This document shows, one piece after another, positions 36,337-50,558 of a stretch of 64,000 nucleotides of DNA (position 1 is the first letter of the stretch; each line of letters begins with the position of its first letter). A program made the position numbers and the translations under genes. The notes under the pieces are model-generated. The model was not told the origin of the DNA, searched no databases, and saw only the letters and a list, made by a program, of their open reading frames with translations. This DNA comes from Schmidtea polychroa (Eukaryota), in NCBI GenBank assembly GCA_044892525.1, contig CM097886.1, positions 75,392,001 to 75,456,000 on the forward strand, read 5' to 3'.

Positions 36337-38413
36337 CTAGTATTTTCTTCTTTTCATGACCTTGGCACTTTCGTTACGGATCTTTTGTTCCACTATGTCT
36401 GGTCTGTAACTGACCACCAAAGTCTCCCGTGTAATCACCTCTTTGTACACGATTGAGGAGATGATGTACGAGCCCTCATTAGCCTCCAATACTCCGTAAT
36501 CGGGGAAATTGGATACGGCTACTTCATGGATTGGGCCTCCGTCGTATTCCTTGATACGCGGTTTCCATTTGCTGTCGGGTCTCTGCCACCAACTAGGATC
36601 TTCTCTGTCGAGATCTTCCCGTATTTTGATTGAGTTGCCCCTTCCGACGAACTCGCCTTCCTTCACGATGATCGGCTCTCCTGCAATCGTGGGTTCACTC
36701 TTTGTTGCCAATATCTTGGTCAACGCAGGATCTGGTGGCTGATAGTGGGTTTCTAAGAGATCCTCATCCTCATCCTGGATGGATATCCTAGGCATTTTCT
36801 TTTTCGTACTCTTAGGAATCTCCTTTTTCCTTTTTGTAGAGGTAGGGACATTTTTCTCCTTGTCCTCTTTCTGGGGGGGTTTCTCCGTTGTTTTCTTTTT
36901 AAACTTCAAGTTTTGTAGCTTAAGTAATGGTGCTACAGCTTGGGGTAATGTTGCTCCTTCTGCTCCTTGTTTGGGTTCACCCAACGGGGCCAACGCTTTC
37001 AGGATCTTGGTGACCCGTTCAACTAACTTTTCTGCTGGCTGTGTTTTTTCTGTCTCCATTTTACCCGAATTCACCACTCTACCGTCATTGGTAAGGGTGA
37101 CTTGGAGGCAGTTATCGTCTGCACTCTCACAAGTGGCATAGTCGTCTTCATCAGCAATTGAAATGGCTGGCGGCGACAAGGAATCTTCTTCCACTATTTT
37201 CAGCAACTTCGACCTGGGGATATCTTCTTTCACATAGCTCTCCATAGCTAGAGGTTTCTGCCTGCTTGAGGTTCCGGGTTCCATCTGCTTTATTTGTGAA
37301 GACACCACCTCTTTCCGGGTGTCTGGTGAAATGTCATCAACCCAGATGTCTCGTAAATTGTTGTAAATCTCCTTAATGGTTGTGACATCATTCTCCGTTT
37401 GAAGATCCGAGAAGTGATGTGCCTCTTTACCGGTGACTGCCTTTGCCAAATATGCCAAACGGTAATACCCGTTGCATTTCTTTAGATCCCTACTTTCAAG
37501 GCATTTAGCTGCGCCTAACTCACGGATTCCGAGTGCACGCTGCATTGGGAATCTGATTACTTCTAATAGGTCCTTTACTAGCAATCCCACGATGATTTTT
37601 TCATCGCAGATTTTCCTAATTCTTTCGGCACAGTCCTCTCCGTCGAACTGTCCTGTTATTTCTCTCTCGGTCATACCCATGCGCATGCGATTGGTAATGT
37701 TTGACCTGGGCTCTGGGGGTAACTCTCGTGTTGAGTATCAGATCGCCATTGAAATGTGAGATTGAGATGGCCACAATTGCCGGTTTCAAGAATTGTCGTA
37801 ATGTAGCGTAGTGAGCTGCTACGAAAATGGTGAGGTTATCCTCTTGTCTAGGGTTCAAGCGCTGTCTGACGAAAGACTTAAACGTTTTGATGTCGTTATC
37901 ATTGACATTATAGGTCCAATTTGGGTCATTAACCCATCTCGTTTAAGGGTCTCTGTGAGGTTCCAGAATTTCCATTGCTATGATGGTATCTATTCCTTCA
38001 CATAACAGTGAGATGTTCTTTTCCCTTCCATCCCCGTTTTCTATTTCGAGGGTTGTGTGCTTTTGCAGCAAAATAGGGTTTGTGGCGCCAGGAACATAAA
38101 CCGTAAATGGTTTGTTAATGGCGTGTATCCACAGGTGGTTGGCCAGACTATGTCTGCCAAACTCAGGCATGACCTCGGTAAGCCTAATACTGCCGTTATG
38201 CTTGCCCAGATAATCATTCGACGCTTTGGGGCCTCGTCAAATTTGAAATTATTGGGTATGCCCGAACAATGTCCGTAAAACCAGTGCCTTTGGCCTTTTC
38301 TACTTTGCTCCATAACCTGCTTCTTCAGGTTTTTATAAATGAGTTTTTCCTTTAGCAAGGTTGTAGCACGTATAATGCCTTCCTTGGTATTGGGATATTG
38401 GATGGCTCTGCAT
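36337..38413 (-). pseudogene. Accessory ORF2 of copy 2 (frameshifted; C-terminal ~445 aa open)
   Basis: Pieces 38041-38358, 37943-38170, 37616-37858 and 36337-37686 join when aligned to the intact copy 1 frame. Reconstructed length ~700 aa; no recognisable family. Confidence 0.8.
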
Positions 38414-38611
38414 TCCTGAAATAAAAATCATTAACCATAATATCAGATATACTGATATGCCATAATAGGCTAAAAAAATATGCATGAGTCTTATTATAAA
38501 AGATCTACATATGCTGAATTTTAATGCTACCTGGAGCTCTACGTAAATATAGATTTTAAGATATATATAAATATTTATATATGATTTTTCCCTCGGGGGA
38601 GTCTGTAATTG

Positions 38612-41600
38612 TCATAATTGCGACATCAGTACTCCATTGTAAGCCCTTATGGCTTGTCTAAAATATAGCTTGGTCCAAATACCCATAGCTATCAGTGTAG
38701 TTACTAGCGATAGTACGGCCGATACCGTAATCCATACCCCTATGGGTATTTTCAGGATATATCCTGCATTAAAGTTTGTGATGGCATTACAATCACAACA
38801 GTTTGTCAGGTTTGGGGTCGTTGGACAAGATATTTGTTTGATCGGTGGCAACTGTCTAAGATGTTGCCACATCGCGGGATGTATCACCATGTTTTTCCTG
38901 ACTACTTTTGGAGGTATTTTCGTTATTACTGGCTGTTTCAAAGGTAATATCTCCTCGAATACCTCGAACCACCTATCGTCCTGCCGTTTCCTCGGACTAT
39001 AGTATATAACTAGAACCGAATATTCTATGGACTGATTTAGATATATTTCTTGGGAGGGAGAGTTCTGGTCTAACCATAATGTTTCTCTCGTGGTTGATCC
39101 GTCTAGAATGCTGATTTTCACCTTCTCCTCCCTGTTAATTTGCTGGCTAAACTTTACTTTCTCCTTCTCGTAGGATATCGATATGCGATTTGTGAAATCT
39201 GCCGTCCGTAGGATCCAATTTGATACGTGATAGGTATACCAACCGCTCTGATATAACCGTGACGCTGCGATATGCAGTTTATAATCCGTCTCTGCTTTTA
39301 AATCATATAATTCCCACTCTTTGTCTTCTGAATTGAGTTGGCGGATCCGCAAGTACTTGTTGTAGAAATGTAAATTGAATTTTGTAGCGTTATCGCACGT
39401 GGTGAGTATGCTAATTCCGTGGTATGTCCTTATAAAATGTAAATGCTCTACTTGCATCGCCATAGGCTGAAAATATGCCTTTCTATCCCTTTTTGCCATT
39501 GCTAAAGTCATCATACAGCTTATTATCAACAAAAAGTTTACCGATTTTGGAACACCCCTTGATCTCAATGGGTATCGGTGTTCTTGTGGTTCTTCGGTAG
39601 CGTTTGGTTTCACTTGTTTCTCTGGTGCCTTTACTTTTGGATTTCCAGAGGTTCCTTTTGTTGAGATTTCGCACTTTTTACACCGATTAGCATGCACCAT
39701 TATTGGTTCTGCTTTTCTGTTGGCTACAAGTTGTAATATGAGATTTGTATCTGTGGTTCTCAATACCTGAAATGGCCCTTTGAAATTTCGCATGAGTTTT
39801 GGTGATAAGCCTTTCTTGTTATAATGACTTTCCAACATCACCTGGTCTCCAACCAATATGCCATGCTCCTTGGCTTTTCGGTCACGATAATCTTTGGATG
39901 CCTCCTGATTATATTTTATACTGAGACCTGCTCTAGCCCATGCTTCCTGCATTCTTTCCCTCATTTCCATCAGATAATTTTCCTGATCCAAGTACTGTGT
40001 GGCCTTCGGAAAAAACAACAGATCTACTGGCATTTTACTTTGTCTCAGATACATTAGGTAAAATGGTGTTTCACCTGTTCCTTCGTGTACTGCATTTCTA
40101 TATGCAAATAAACAGGATGGAATGTGGATGTCCCAATCCGTTTGCCCTGAATTTACATATGATGCTAACATATTAGCTAATGTTCCATTAAATCGCTCTA
40201 CTAGCCCATCCGTCTGTGGGTGATATGGGGAAGTGTTCAATTTTAGAACTCCGAAATAATCATTTATTCCTTTGAGCAAATTACTCATGAAATCGGCTCC
40301 CCGATCCGTTAATAGCTTTGTAGGTACTCCATACCTAAAGACAATTTGTTCAACGAAAATTCTAGCTATTGTATCAGCTTTGTGATTAGGCATCGGGTAG
40401 GCCTCTGGCCACTTAGTCAAGTAGTCGCAGAAAACTAATATATACTTGTTTCCGCTATTAGATTCTTTGAATGGCCCCAACACGTCCATTGCCGTCATTT
40501 CCATAGGTGTAGATGGTACTGGCATCGGCTTCATTGGTACGTGTGGTTTCTTTCCGGTATTTCTTCTGGTGATACAGATCTTACATGTCTGACACCAGGT
40601 TTTAACATCTTGTTTCATGCCGGGCCAAAAATATTTTTGTTTTAACCTTGACAATGTTTTTCTGGATGACAGGTGGCCTCCTAAAGCTCCATCGTGATAC
40701 TGCAACATGAGTACTTCACGGTATTTCTTAGGGACCATTATAACATTGTCTCTTACATCTGAATATTTGACTAATCCTTCCTCCAGCACAAACTTGTCCT
40801 TATTCTTTTCCCAGTATTTCGTGAATTCTGTGGGCACGTATTTCGCTTCTAAGGCTTGTCGAATGCCATTGATTTCTTCGTCAGCTTTTTGTGCCTCCAT
40901 TAAATCAGCTAGCCGGTTGGCTTCTCGAGTCAGTGTGAAGATAGTCCCTTCGAGACGTCCTTCCTTCACATCTTCTGCTTCTTCCTCCTGGTCCATTCTC
41001 GATAGAGCATCAGCATTACCATTATGATCTCCTTTTCTATAATGGATTTCTATGTCATATGGCTGTAAAATTAATGCCCATCTGACTAGTTTTGAAGTAT
41101 CCATTGTGTGTTTTGTCAGCCACTGTAATGGTCTATGATCGGTGTATACTATGATCTTCCGACCCCATAGATAAGTCCTAAACTGGGTTATAGCATACAC
41201 AATTGCTAAAGCCTCTAGTTCTATCACTGCGTAGTTTCTCTCGTGTGGTTTTAATCCTCGGCTTGCGTATGCAATTGCATACTCGTCTCCTAGGTCATCT
41301 CTCTGACCTAGCACAGCACCTATGCCCCGAGTGCTGGCATCTGTCATAACCAAAAATTGTCTCTCAAAGTCTGGAAATCGCAATATAGGTGGCTTGACGA
41401 GCTTTTCCTTGAGCATATCAAATGCTTCCTGCTGTTCTATTCCCCACACAAATTTGACGTTTTTGCCTTCTGTGTGAGTGGAAAAGCTATAACCGAGAAG
41501 TTTCTAATGAATTTTCTATAGTATCCAACTATGAGCCTAAAAACCCTTTGATATGTTTAACGGTTTTAGGCTCCGGGAAATTCTTTACCTTTTCAACATT

Positions 41601-42113
41601 AGCTGGATCGGCTTTAACCCCGTCTCGTGATATGATATGGCCAACATATACCACTTCAGGTTCAGCCCATTTGCATTTGGTCGGTTTCACTTTCATGTTG
41701 GCATTGATCAACCTCTTGAACACATCTTCCAAATGTTCCAAGTGTTTTTCCAAATTTGGCGAGAATACTATGACGTCGTCAATGTATACCATCGCATGAT
41801 GTACATCCATGAGCATCAAATTCATTGCTCTTTGAAATGTGGCTGGAGCTCCTGTGAGTCCAAATGACATTACGTTATATTCGTAATGACCTATACTCGT
41901 AGAGAACGCGGTTATTGGTATGGTCTCATCTTTTAACTTAATTTGATAAAATCCCTTTTGGGCGTCCATTACTGAGAAGAACCTAGCGTTTCTCATGCGT
42001 CCATAGATATAATCTAACAATGGCAATGGATGGCTATCTTTGCATGTTGCTTCGTTAACCATGCGATAGTCGTTACATAATCGTACTGATCCATCCTTCT
42101 TGGCCACCACTAT
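38612..42113 (-). pseudogene. Copy 2 RT - RNase H - integrase - membrane tail
   Basis: ORFs 41529-42149 and 38612-41449. Small indels at ~41470-41540 break the frame. The RT N-terminus is cut by the hAT insertion. Confidence 0.93.
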
Positions 42114-45095
42114 CAGGGCCGGATTTAAGCATTTGTTGGCCCTAGGCAAAGGAGCTTTTTGGGGCCCTCAAAATTAATTAGTATATTTCAAGGAAATTAT
42201 GTAGGTTATTTTATTTGCTAAAAGTATTTAAGAAATAATTATTTACTACCTATTTATATTTTGAAATATATTTATTAAATAATTCCGTTTAAAAATAAGA
42301 TACATATGTCATGTCAAAAATATAATTTTACAAAACTTTCTTTCTAAATTTTTCTAGAGCATATTGATCAATCAATGAATCAAAATCAATAGCTTTCAAT
42401 TTATCAATGTTACAAGATAATAAGGCCAAATTATTCAAAATCTTTTGATTCATCGTTGACCTCAAAAAATTTTTAATCAGCTTCAATTTTGAGAAACTTC
42501 TTTCGCCAGTGCAATTAGCAATCATTAGACACAAAAAAATTCTTAAAATTGTTTCCAAATTTGGAAAAGCAATTTCCAAATTTTTTTCCTTAATTATCTC
42601 GTAGAAACTCAAATGATTTGGATGATCATTTGGCCAATCGTTCCTGATATATTCGTGAAATTGTAGTAACTCGAAAAAAAGTGAATCGTCTATATCATCT
42701 GGATATTTTTCAACAACGTTATTCACATGTTGTTTCAAATCTTCTTGCGACAATTCAATATTTGTCAAAAAACCAAACACTTTAGAAATTTCCAAGTAAC
42801 AATCAGAGCGCTGAATCAAATTCAAACTCCTCCATTTTATTCAATAAATTATTTGCTTCATTTCTAGTGTTTCCATCAAAATTTGCATCTTCAATGATGG
42901 CATTTAGTGCTTCCATTACATTTTCATAGTTTTCGTGAATGACCTTAACTGACTCAGAACGAGCACTCCATCTAATCTTTGATAACGATTTTACCGTTCT
43001 ATTTGAAAATTCAACTAACTTGTTCCATCTCTTAGTAGACGATGAAAAAAAATTGTAAATTTCCTGAATTAATCCGAAAAAATTGATTGATTCTATGCAA
43101 CAGTCCGCACCTGAATTTCCAACCAAATTCAAAGAATGAGCACTGCACGGTAAAAAAATTGCTTTATCATTTTTTTCAAGAACTTTTGCCCTCATTCCTT
43201 TGTATTTTCCGGCCATATTCATAGCGTTGTCATACGATTGTGATCGGCAATCTTGAAAATTTAACCCAATATCCTTTTCAAAAAATTCCAATGAAATGTC
43301 AGCTAAATATTCTCCAGTGTGATTCTCTATCTCAATAAAGTTTAAGAATCGCTCGATTGGTTTAAAATTGATTTGACCAACGTATCTGATAATCATGCAC
43401 AATTGATCTTTGTGTGATATATCAGGGTGGAATCCACAGACATTCCAAAATATTTTGATTGTTTGATGTCATCAGAAATCGACTTCAATACTGTTTTTGC
43501 CATCAGATCGAGCAATTCCTCAAAAATTGTTTTAGAGAGATAAGACGTTTTTCCAGATCCTGGATTACCAAACTTTCTAATGTGCTCTGCTAAAAATGGA
43601 TCAAATTTTGCAATAAGTTCCAAGAGTCCAATGAAATTGCCACTTCCTTCCATTCCAAAAATTTCATTTGATCCTCGAAATGGTAAATTTCGTTCAACAA
43701 TGGTGCAAATAACAGCTACAACTCGTTCTAAGACTTTTCTCCAGTAAATCCTTTCTTGTTGTATTTCTTTTTGCAATTGATCCGACACAGAATAGTTACT
43801 TTTTCTAGTTAAATATGTAACTAAAGCATTACGATGTTCAGAAGAGTTTTGATGGCTTTTGATTGAGGAACCAGCATTTTTCCAATCTCGCAGGCCATTG
43901 GTTGCTAAATTGAAATTTGAAGCAGTGAGTAATTTGCAAACAAAACAAAAAACATTTCCAATTTTAGGCGAATATACAAGCCATTCGCGAGTGTACTTTT
44001 CTCCATTTGTTTTTTCATCAAAGAATAAAGTCTTAGAGCAATATCGAACAGTATTGTCATTATAGAGCTGTTTGGAAGAATGAAAGTTTTCTGTTGAATG
44101 TTGGCAACTTTCAGGGCCCTTCTCAATCCAGTACAAAGTGTCTTCAGAAGACAATTCTCTCCATAATCCTACGTCATTCTCACGATTTGCATTTGGAGAT
44201 GATTTAATCAGGGATTCCACTAAATTTTCATTATTAATGTTATCTACCAGCTCCAAATTATTTTCGAAATAATTAAAAACTTGATTTGAACTTCCAGTGA
44301 AAATAGGTTGATTTGAAGTACTGGAAGAGACCTCTATTTGGTCGCTTTGGTGCCGATCTTCTTGTGCTACAAATTCACTTTCAGTTGCAGAATCTTTAGT
44401 GAAAAAACAATCTAGCTTAGGAATTTTCTTAATTTCTTCTTCTCTCTCTGCTTTTTTCTTCCTTTTAAACGCTCCGCTTGCGTAGTTTCGTTTCATTCTA
44501 TCTTAAATTTAATTAAAATATTTTTTAATTAAATTGATTAAATAATTTTAATATTTTTATACTATACCTAGATCTTAACAATTAATCAATTAAAAAAAAG
44601 CCTCACTTCGTCCTAAAATTGCTTTATTTTAAATTTTTTATTTTTAAGCCGATTTCCTTTGAAATAATTTTTTTCTTTTGTGTATAAAATTTTTACCAAC
44701 ACTCCAAAAAAATATGTTTCTACACAATAACAATTCGATTCCCGCCTTCGCAAATTTCAACCGACAAACTCCACTAATTATAACCCCCTTGGAGGTTGCG
44801 GAAATAAAGAAAAAATATTTTTTCAACTATAACAACTTTTAAAATTATTGGGGCCCCAAATTGTTGATATTTTAGAAAATTTCCTTAAATAAAAAAATAC
44901 GTACAATGTTTTTTTAATTCTTTATATAATACATGTATTTTATACTGTATTTTAATTTTTTTATATTTTAGTATATAAAAAATCCATTAAAAAAAATATT
45001 TTTTTGTGGCCCCTTAGATGATTTCGATTTTGGGGCCCCCAAAACTGCGGGCCCCTAGGCAGTGCCTAGTCTGCCTATAGGTAAATCCGGAATAG
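42114..45095 (-). mobile_element. hAT DNA transposon (2,982 bp) inserted in RT
   Basis: 8-bp TSD ACCACTAT (42106-42113, 45096-45103). Termini CAGGGCCGGATTTA / TAAATCCGGAATAG (right TIR degenerate). Confidence 0.93.
42328..44496 (-). pseudogene. hAT transposase (ZMYM1/DUF4371 type), two frameshifts
   Basis: CFVCKL TTF-type zinc finger, GNFIGLLELIAKFD, MSVDST, QSYDNAMNMAG, CSAHSLNL, WSAR and the hAT dimerisation motif ERSFSKLKLIKNFLRSTM. Confidence 0.92.
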
Positions 45096-48000
45096 ACCAC
45101 TATCATTGGCGATTGATATGGTGATTTACTATGTCTGATTATGCCATGTTTTAACATCAATTTCACCTGTTTATCTACTGATTCCTCCAGACTGAAAGGA
45201 ATACGGTATGGTCTCAATTTTATAGGTTTTGTATTGGTGAGAACAATCTCATGTTCTAACAGGTTTGTTTTTCCTAGATCGTATTCATGTTTCGCGAATA
45301 CCTGGTCATATTTCCTCAATAACATATTTACTTGAATGTTTTCCTTTCTGGTTAGCACTTTGCTATTTGCTGTAGGTGCATCGTAGTACTCAATGTCTGG
45401 ATCTCTTTCTTCTGCCTTTACGGTGAGTATCGACCCTTCTCCTATGGCTTGTGGTTCGTTTTGTTTCCAGATTCTGCCCACTCTGGTGTCTGGATATAAA
45501 TAAAGTGGTTTAATGTCCAGGTTGGCTACCCTGATTGGTATTCTGCCATTGACTATTAAACCTACGCTATGCGTAACTGGTATATTGTATTTCTCCGAAA
45601 ACTTTTCGTCTGGTTCGAATACAACTTCACTTCTCTTGAATCTGGGTGACCTTATGTCGAATTTTTGGTCGGAACTGTCATATTCTCCTTCTGAGGACTG
45701 TTTTCTCACGTAGATTTCCTTTGATTGGTCATATGGAGGAAGATATTCCTTGAATCTCGATTTTCTTTGTTGCTGAATCGGTTTTTTGTTGTAGTTCTGT
45801 TTTCGTGATTGATTTGATCTTGAAGATGTTTCACGAGAGCCTCCATTACCTCCTCCCTTTGAATTGTTATCGTCCCGATAACTAGGATACTCCTCCATTT
45901 CTGTTCCAATTACTTCATGTTTGACCAAATGTTTCTGTCTAATTTCTTTAATTTCTTTTCTGTGATGTTTGAATAATGCAAACTCTGCACACATAGGACA
46001 TAGTCCTAATAGCAGTTTCCATGACCATCTCCCAATTTTGAATATGCTATATGTTGACATCAGTTGTGTAATTATCAGCTTTAAAATTACAAATATTGCG
46101 TAAATTCCTGAACATCCAGCAACGAAAATACCAAAATTGGTAAATCGTCCCCATATTTTCATCATTACGTTCTTTGCTGCTTCTTTATAGTGTTCCGGTC
46201 CAAATAATAGATTGTAATCTGGTCGTATCAAGTTATCATGATAAATTGTTCTTTTAATTTCCGTGATACCTCTGTCTCTGATTTGTGGGAACAGCAATGT
46301 CCTTCTTGCTTCCTCGATATCGTCGGGAGTATAGATCCCTCCTTTTGCTAATTCGTCTAGTGACTTGAATTCCAGATTATCCTTTAGTTTAGTTACCTCC
46401 AAGGTCTCTACCCGTTGTGTAGATGGTTTTCTTTCCGGCAGAGATATCCACATGTCATTTATTTTGTATAATGGTGATATTGCCGGGTTGCATATAGCTG
46501 GTTGAGGTTTAGCGTTTTCCTCAAGTAATTTTCTGGTTACTGGCATAACAAATCTCAATTTTCCTTGGTAAGACACTGGCAGTTCTAGAGAGCATTGATT
46601 AAATCTGGCTAATTGTACTTCCACTGGTTTACACTCATAACTATATATAGCTTCTCCCATGATTCTGCCAAACATTCCATCTTCCAATAACATTGGAGAT
46701 ATTGCCAATCTATTTCGGACTATTTCACGATTTAGCTTGCAATCGTTTAGTATCACCTCTTGATACATATCTTGCATTTGTCCTTGCAGATCATGATATA
46801 AATAATCTACTTTATTATTTATATAATTCGTGATTTTAATATCCTTTACGTGTAGGACCTTGGAATTCCGAATATATTCTCTTGACAGGAAAATTCCTTT
46901 GTAGTTCGTCTCGTATACTCTTTTCCCACATTTAGTCTTTTTATCTTTTCGGACAAATCGAATTTCTTCCGTCTTGTCTTCCGATATCAATACTAGAGGT
47001 GTGTTTTCTTCTCCGATATCTTCCTTCTCTTGTTTGTTGATTTTCTTCAACGTTTTTGCTTTATCCCAAACCTTTTCTGGATTCTGGGAGTCCCGATATT
47101 TAGTTCCATTTAATTTTCTAAAAGGAATTTTCTTGAGGAAAGCCAACTCACAATGATCTCTCATTTGTTCGTAAATTAATGTAGTGGTTCCCGTTTTACA
47201 ACTACCGAACTTGGCATTGCATTGCGGATGTGCCATCAATTTTCCTGTGGCCACATCGAATGTTCCCTCGTATTCTCGTAGCTCCACTGAGTAATCTTCT
47301 ATGTCTACCACATAGGAAACTAAATTGCTACCGCGAATTTTCTTTCTACCTTCGCAGGTTCCATCTGAGGCAATTGTTCCTCCTCGAGTGATTGTTATTC
47401 CCAATGTTTTCCCAATTTCTGCTGAGATTGATACCTCGTTGTCTATCCTCACACTTCCTTTTCGAAATGCATCTAGGCAATCTTCGGGCATTATGTTTAC
47501 CGGCCTTGGTATTAATGTTGCGGATAGAAAAGCAGAATAGCTATTACTACCGCAATAATATTCGAATGTAGCTCTCTGAACTCTACATTCCTTTATCGTG
47601 GTTCTATAAAATTCACTCTCTTGGTAGACATAATATTCTACCTTTTCCCCTTGATGAACCTTCTCGGGATACGCCTCTTTGCACTCAATTGCATCTACTA
47701 GCGAATATACCCGAGATAGTTTAGGATTTCCACAGTCAAATACTGTTAATGAGTTTGTTTGTTTTAATATGCCCATCATTACTAGGAACATCAGGATCAT
47801 GCTTGTCATGTTTCCTGTGCCTGAACTACCATGTTTTATGGCTTCTTCTACGACTTCATATCGCGGTTTTGGAATCGTTTCCTTTTCCCAAAATTTGTTT
47901 ACGGTCATCCATACCTCCAGGTAATAATCTATCATTTCGACTATTTGATCGATTTCTCGTTCTATAAGCCTTTTATCATTCCCTACCCGGGCTAAGGCAT

Positions 48001-49759
48001 TTTGAATTAACAATGATAGTGATGTTACCACTTTCCCTCTTGTTAATCCTTGCTGCACGAATGCTTCTATGGCATCCTGAATATCTCTAGTTGATACATC
48101 TTTGGATACTCTTTCCATTGTCTTCTTGACCTCTTTCGTTATTTTCTTTACTTCGATCCCCTTGATTTTTGGAATTCTCCATTCGGGCCTGATAATCCCG
48201 ATCATTTGTTGTATACGTTGCCACAATAACGACCTTTCTGACGTTGTCTCATCTCCCGCCTGGTCGTCCATTTCTTGGGCTATCCCGGCTAATGTTTTTA
48301 ACTGAATTTTCCGAATCGTTTCAGGATTTAACTGCTCCTTGGGTGGAGGTTTCATTTGATCCTTTCTAGGACGTCCTCGTCCATCTTTTTTCACTTTCTC
48401 CGGAGGTTTTTCAGTCTCCAGATTTGTTACTGCTTGTGACGTAGTAGCTCCTACGTTTGTTTCTCCTGGATTTAATCTGACGTATTCTGAGAAGTAATCT
48501 TCCTCGTCAATGTCCACCATTTGACAGGGATTAATTTCCTCTAGCCTTATTTCCTCAATCTCTTCCGCAATTTCGTTTGCTATATCTGGCAGTCTCAATA
48601 ATGACCACTGGGACTCTGGTGGAGTTACTGGGATGATCATTACCGTGGTTGTTGCCAACGGTAGACAACCCACATCCACTAGATATTCATCATCATCCAC
48701 TTGCCTACCATGCACCATTATCAGGAATATACCTGTAGTTTGATCAGTGGCAACCACATCTCTCCTCAATATTTTGACCTTGATATAACAATTATAAATC
48801 ATTGTTAATGGTTCTTTTCCCATCATTCGCACGTCTAGATTAATGTTGCCTTGTCTATCAGGCTGGCTTCGGATAGCTTTCCCATTTTTCCTCATCAGCG
48901 CTTCAATTTGCGTCTGGAATGGGCTTGTTTCCTTTACCACTGGTAGTATAAGTGGAATTATTGCTTCCAACAAGTCTACTGGTATTCGTAATACTAACAT
49001 CCAGTCTAGTATTTCCTTTATCGTTTTTCCATCTCGTGGAGATTTCTGCAATTCCAACCCTAGTCGCTGGGTTAATTGTTGAGTTTCTTCCAAACTCTCT
49101 ATTTCCATTTGAGTAATCAAGAATACGCTATCTTGATCCATTACTGCCACTGGCTTTGGTGCTCTCTTTGCTGTGAGCTTCGTCACTCTACCTGGGAGTA
49201 TCCCGTTCTGTAGAAGTGTTTGGTTTGCTTCTAATTTTATTCCACATAAGTATAAGTCATATCCTTGATGCTTAATACTTGTCAATGTTTCCGTTAATTT
49301 ATCGGCTCGACTTCTTACATTTATATCGAGATTATACTCTTTATCCTGTGGGAGTTTTATATTGAGCTGGGCATCTTGGAGATCCCACTCGTGTTCCAAG
49401 AGTTTTCCTAATTTCCTTAGGATTTTGTACGTGTCGTTATGATACTTTGGATCATCTTCGACCTGCGATATCAGTTTTACTACTGTATTGATTTCGTGAA
49501 TTTTAATTTCTGTTTCTCCCAATTTTCCCAATTGTCTGGCCAGCTTCTGCTGGTACTCATATCTGGAATCCACCAGTTTTAAACATTTTGTTAGGGTATC
49601 TGACCCTTCTTTTACCTTTGCTTTCCCTGGCAAGGTTATATCGTACTCGCTTAGTATGGTGGCCATACTAGGTTCATCATCGGAACTCTCCTCTGATTCC
49701 GTTTCCTGAGGGTCCTCTCTAACGGAGTCCTTTTTTTCTGAGATACTCATCTCTTCCAA
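45096..49759 (-). CDS. Copy 2 polyprotein segment: spacer/UBL - env - (protease deleted) - linker - RT start
   Basis: The 1581-aa ORF is continuous across junctions that are broken in copy 1. Its last ~25 codons are read from the hAT end. Confidence 0.9.
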
Positions 49760-50459
49760 CTTCTACCATGAAGATGGTGCCTTCTTGGTCGGTCAATCTA
49801 GCCAACCTATTCTTTTCCTCCTGGATTTCCATTTCCAGTTGTTGTAGATACGTTAACCCTTGATCCTGGTTAACCATAAAAGTTGTCTTAGACTTGTTCA
49901 TATTACCCTTATCGGTATTTTTATTTAACTGACTCGTATTTCCACTCTGGTTCTGAGGACATGACCTCATCATATGTCCGAATTTCCCACATCCGTGACA
50001 TTTTATCTTTCCTGATGAATTTACAATTACTAACAATTCTGTGGGCTTTGCCCATGTGGTTTTTGGTCCAAATGCTCTTTCAGCAATTAATGATAGCTGG
50101 TGTGCAAATTCCCCCACATGTTCATTGGCATTCTGTTTTCGATGATAAAATTGTTGTCTAAATATTCTTCCCGCATCTCCGGGCAATATTCGAGCAGTCA
50201 TTGCTTCTCTCATTTCGGCCCATGTTTTTGGTACTTGAGCAACTGGTAATGCCATAATGTCATTATATTTTTCTCTTGCCAGCCCCTTCAAATATATAGG
50301 TAGCCTTTGTATCATGATATTATCTGGATAAGCATATGCTTTGGCCATCTGATAATATTCGGACATAAACTCTGGGAATTCTCCCGGATCACCGCTGAAT
50401 GCCTTTACGGGCAGAGCGGGATATCTGGCAAATGCATTTACATTAGCTTCCTCTGCCAT
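49719..50459 (-). CDS. Copy 2 Gag with in-frame internal deletion (one zinc knuckle left)
   Basis: KPTELLV-I-VNSSGKIKCHGC junction versus ~130 additional residues in copy 1. Confidence 0.9.
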   Translation of the reverse strand: MAEEANVNAFARYPALPVKAFSGDPGEFPEFMSEYYQMAKAYAYPDNIMIQRLPIYLKGLAREKYNDIMALPVAQVPKTWAEMREAMTARILPGDAGRIFRQQFYHRKQNANEHVGEFAHQLSLIAERAFGPKTTWAKPTELLVIVNSSGKIKCHGCGKFGHMMRSCPQNQSGNTSQLNKNTDKGNMNKSKTTFMVNQDQGLTYLQQLEMEIQEEKNRLARLTDQEGTIFMVEVGRDEYLRKKGLR

Positions 50460-50537
50460 TTGATTATCCAGTTTTACTCTGGCTCTAGTTCCTAACGCTA
50501 TTTTGTTTTATTTCAATATCTACCCGCTGATAATTTT

Positions 50538-50555
50538 ATCACGTCGGGCTCACCA
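50538..50555 (-). promoter_or_regulatory. PBS (tRNA-Trp)
   Basis: Identical to 11586-11603. Confidence 0.85.
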
Positions 50556-50558
50556 AAA

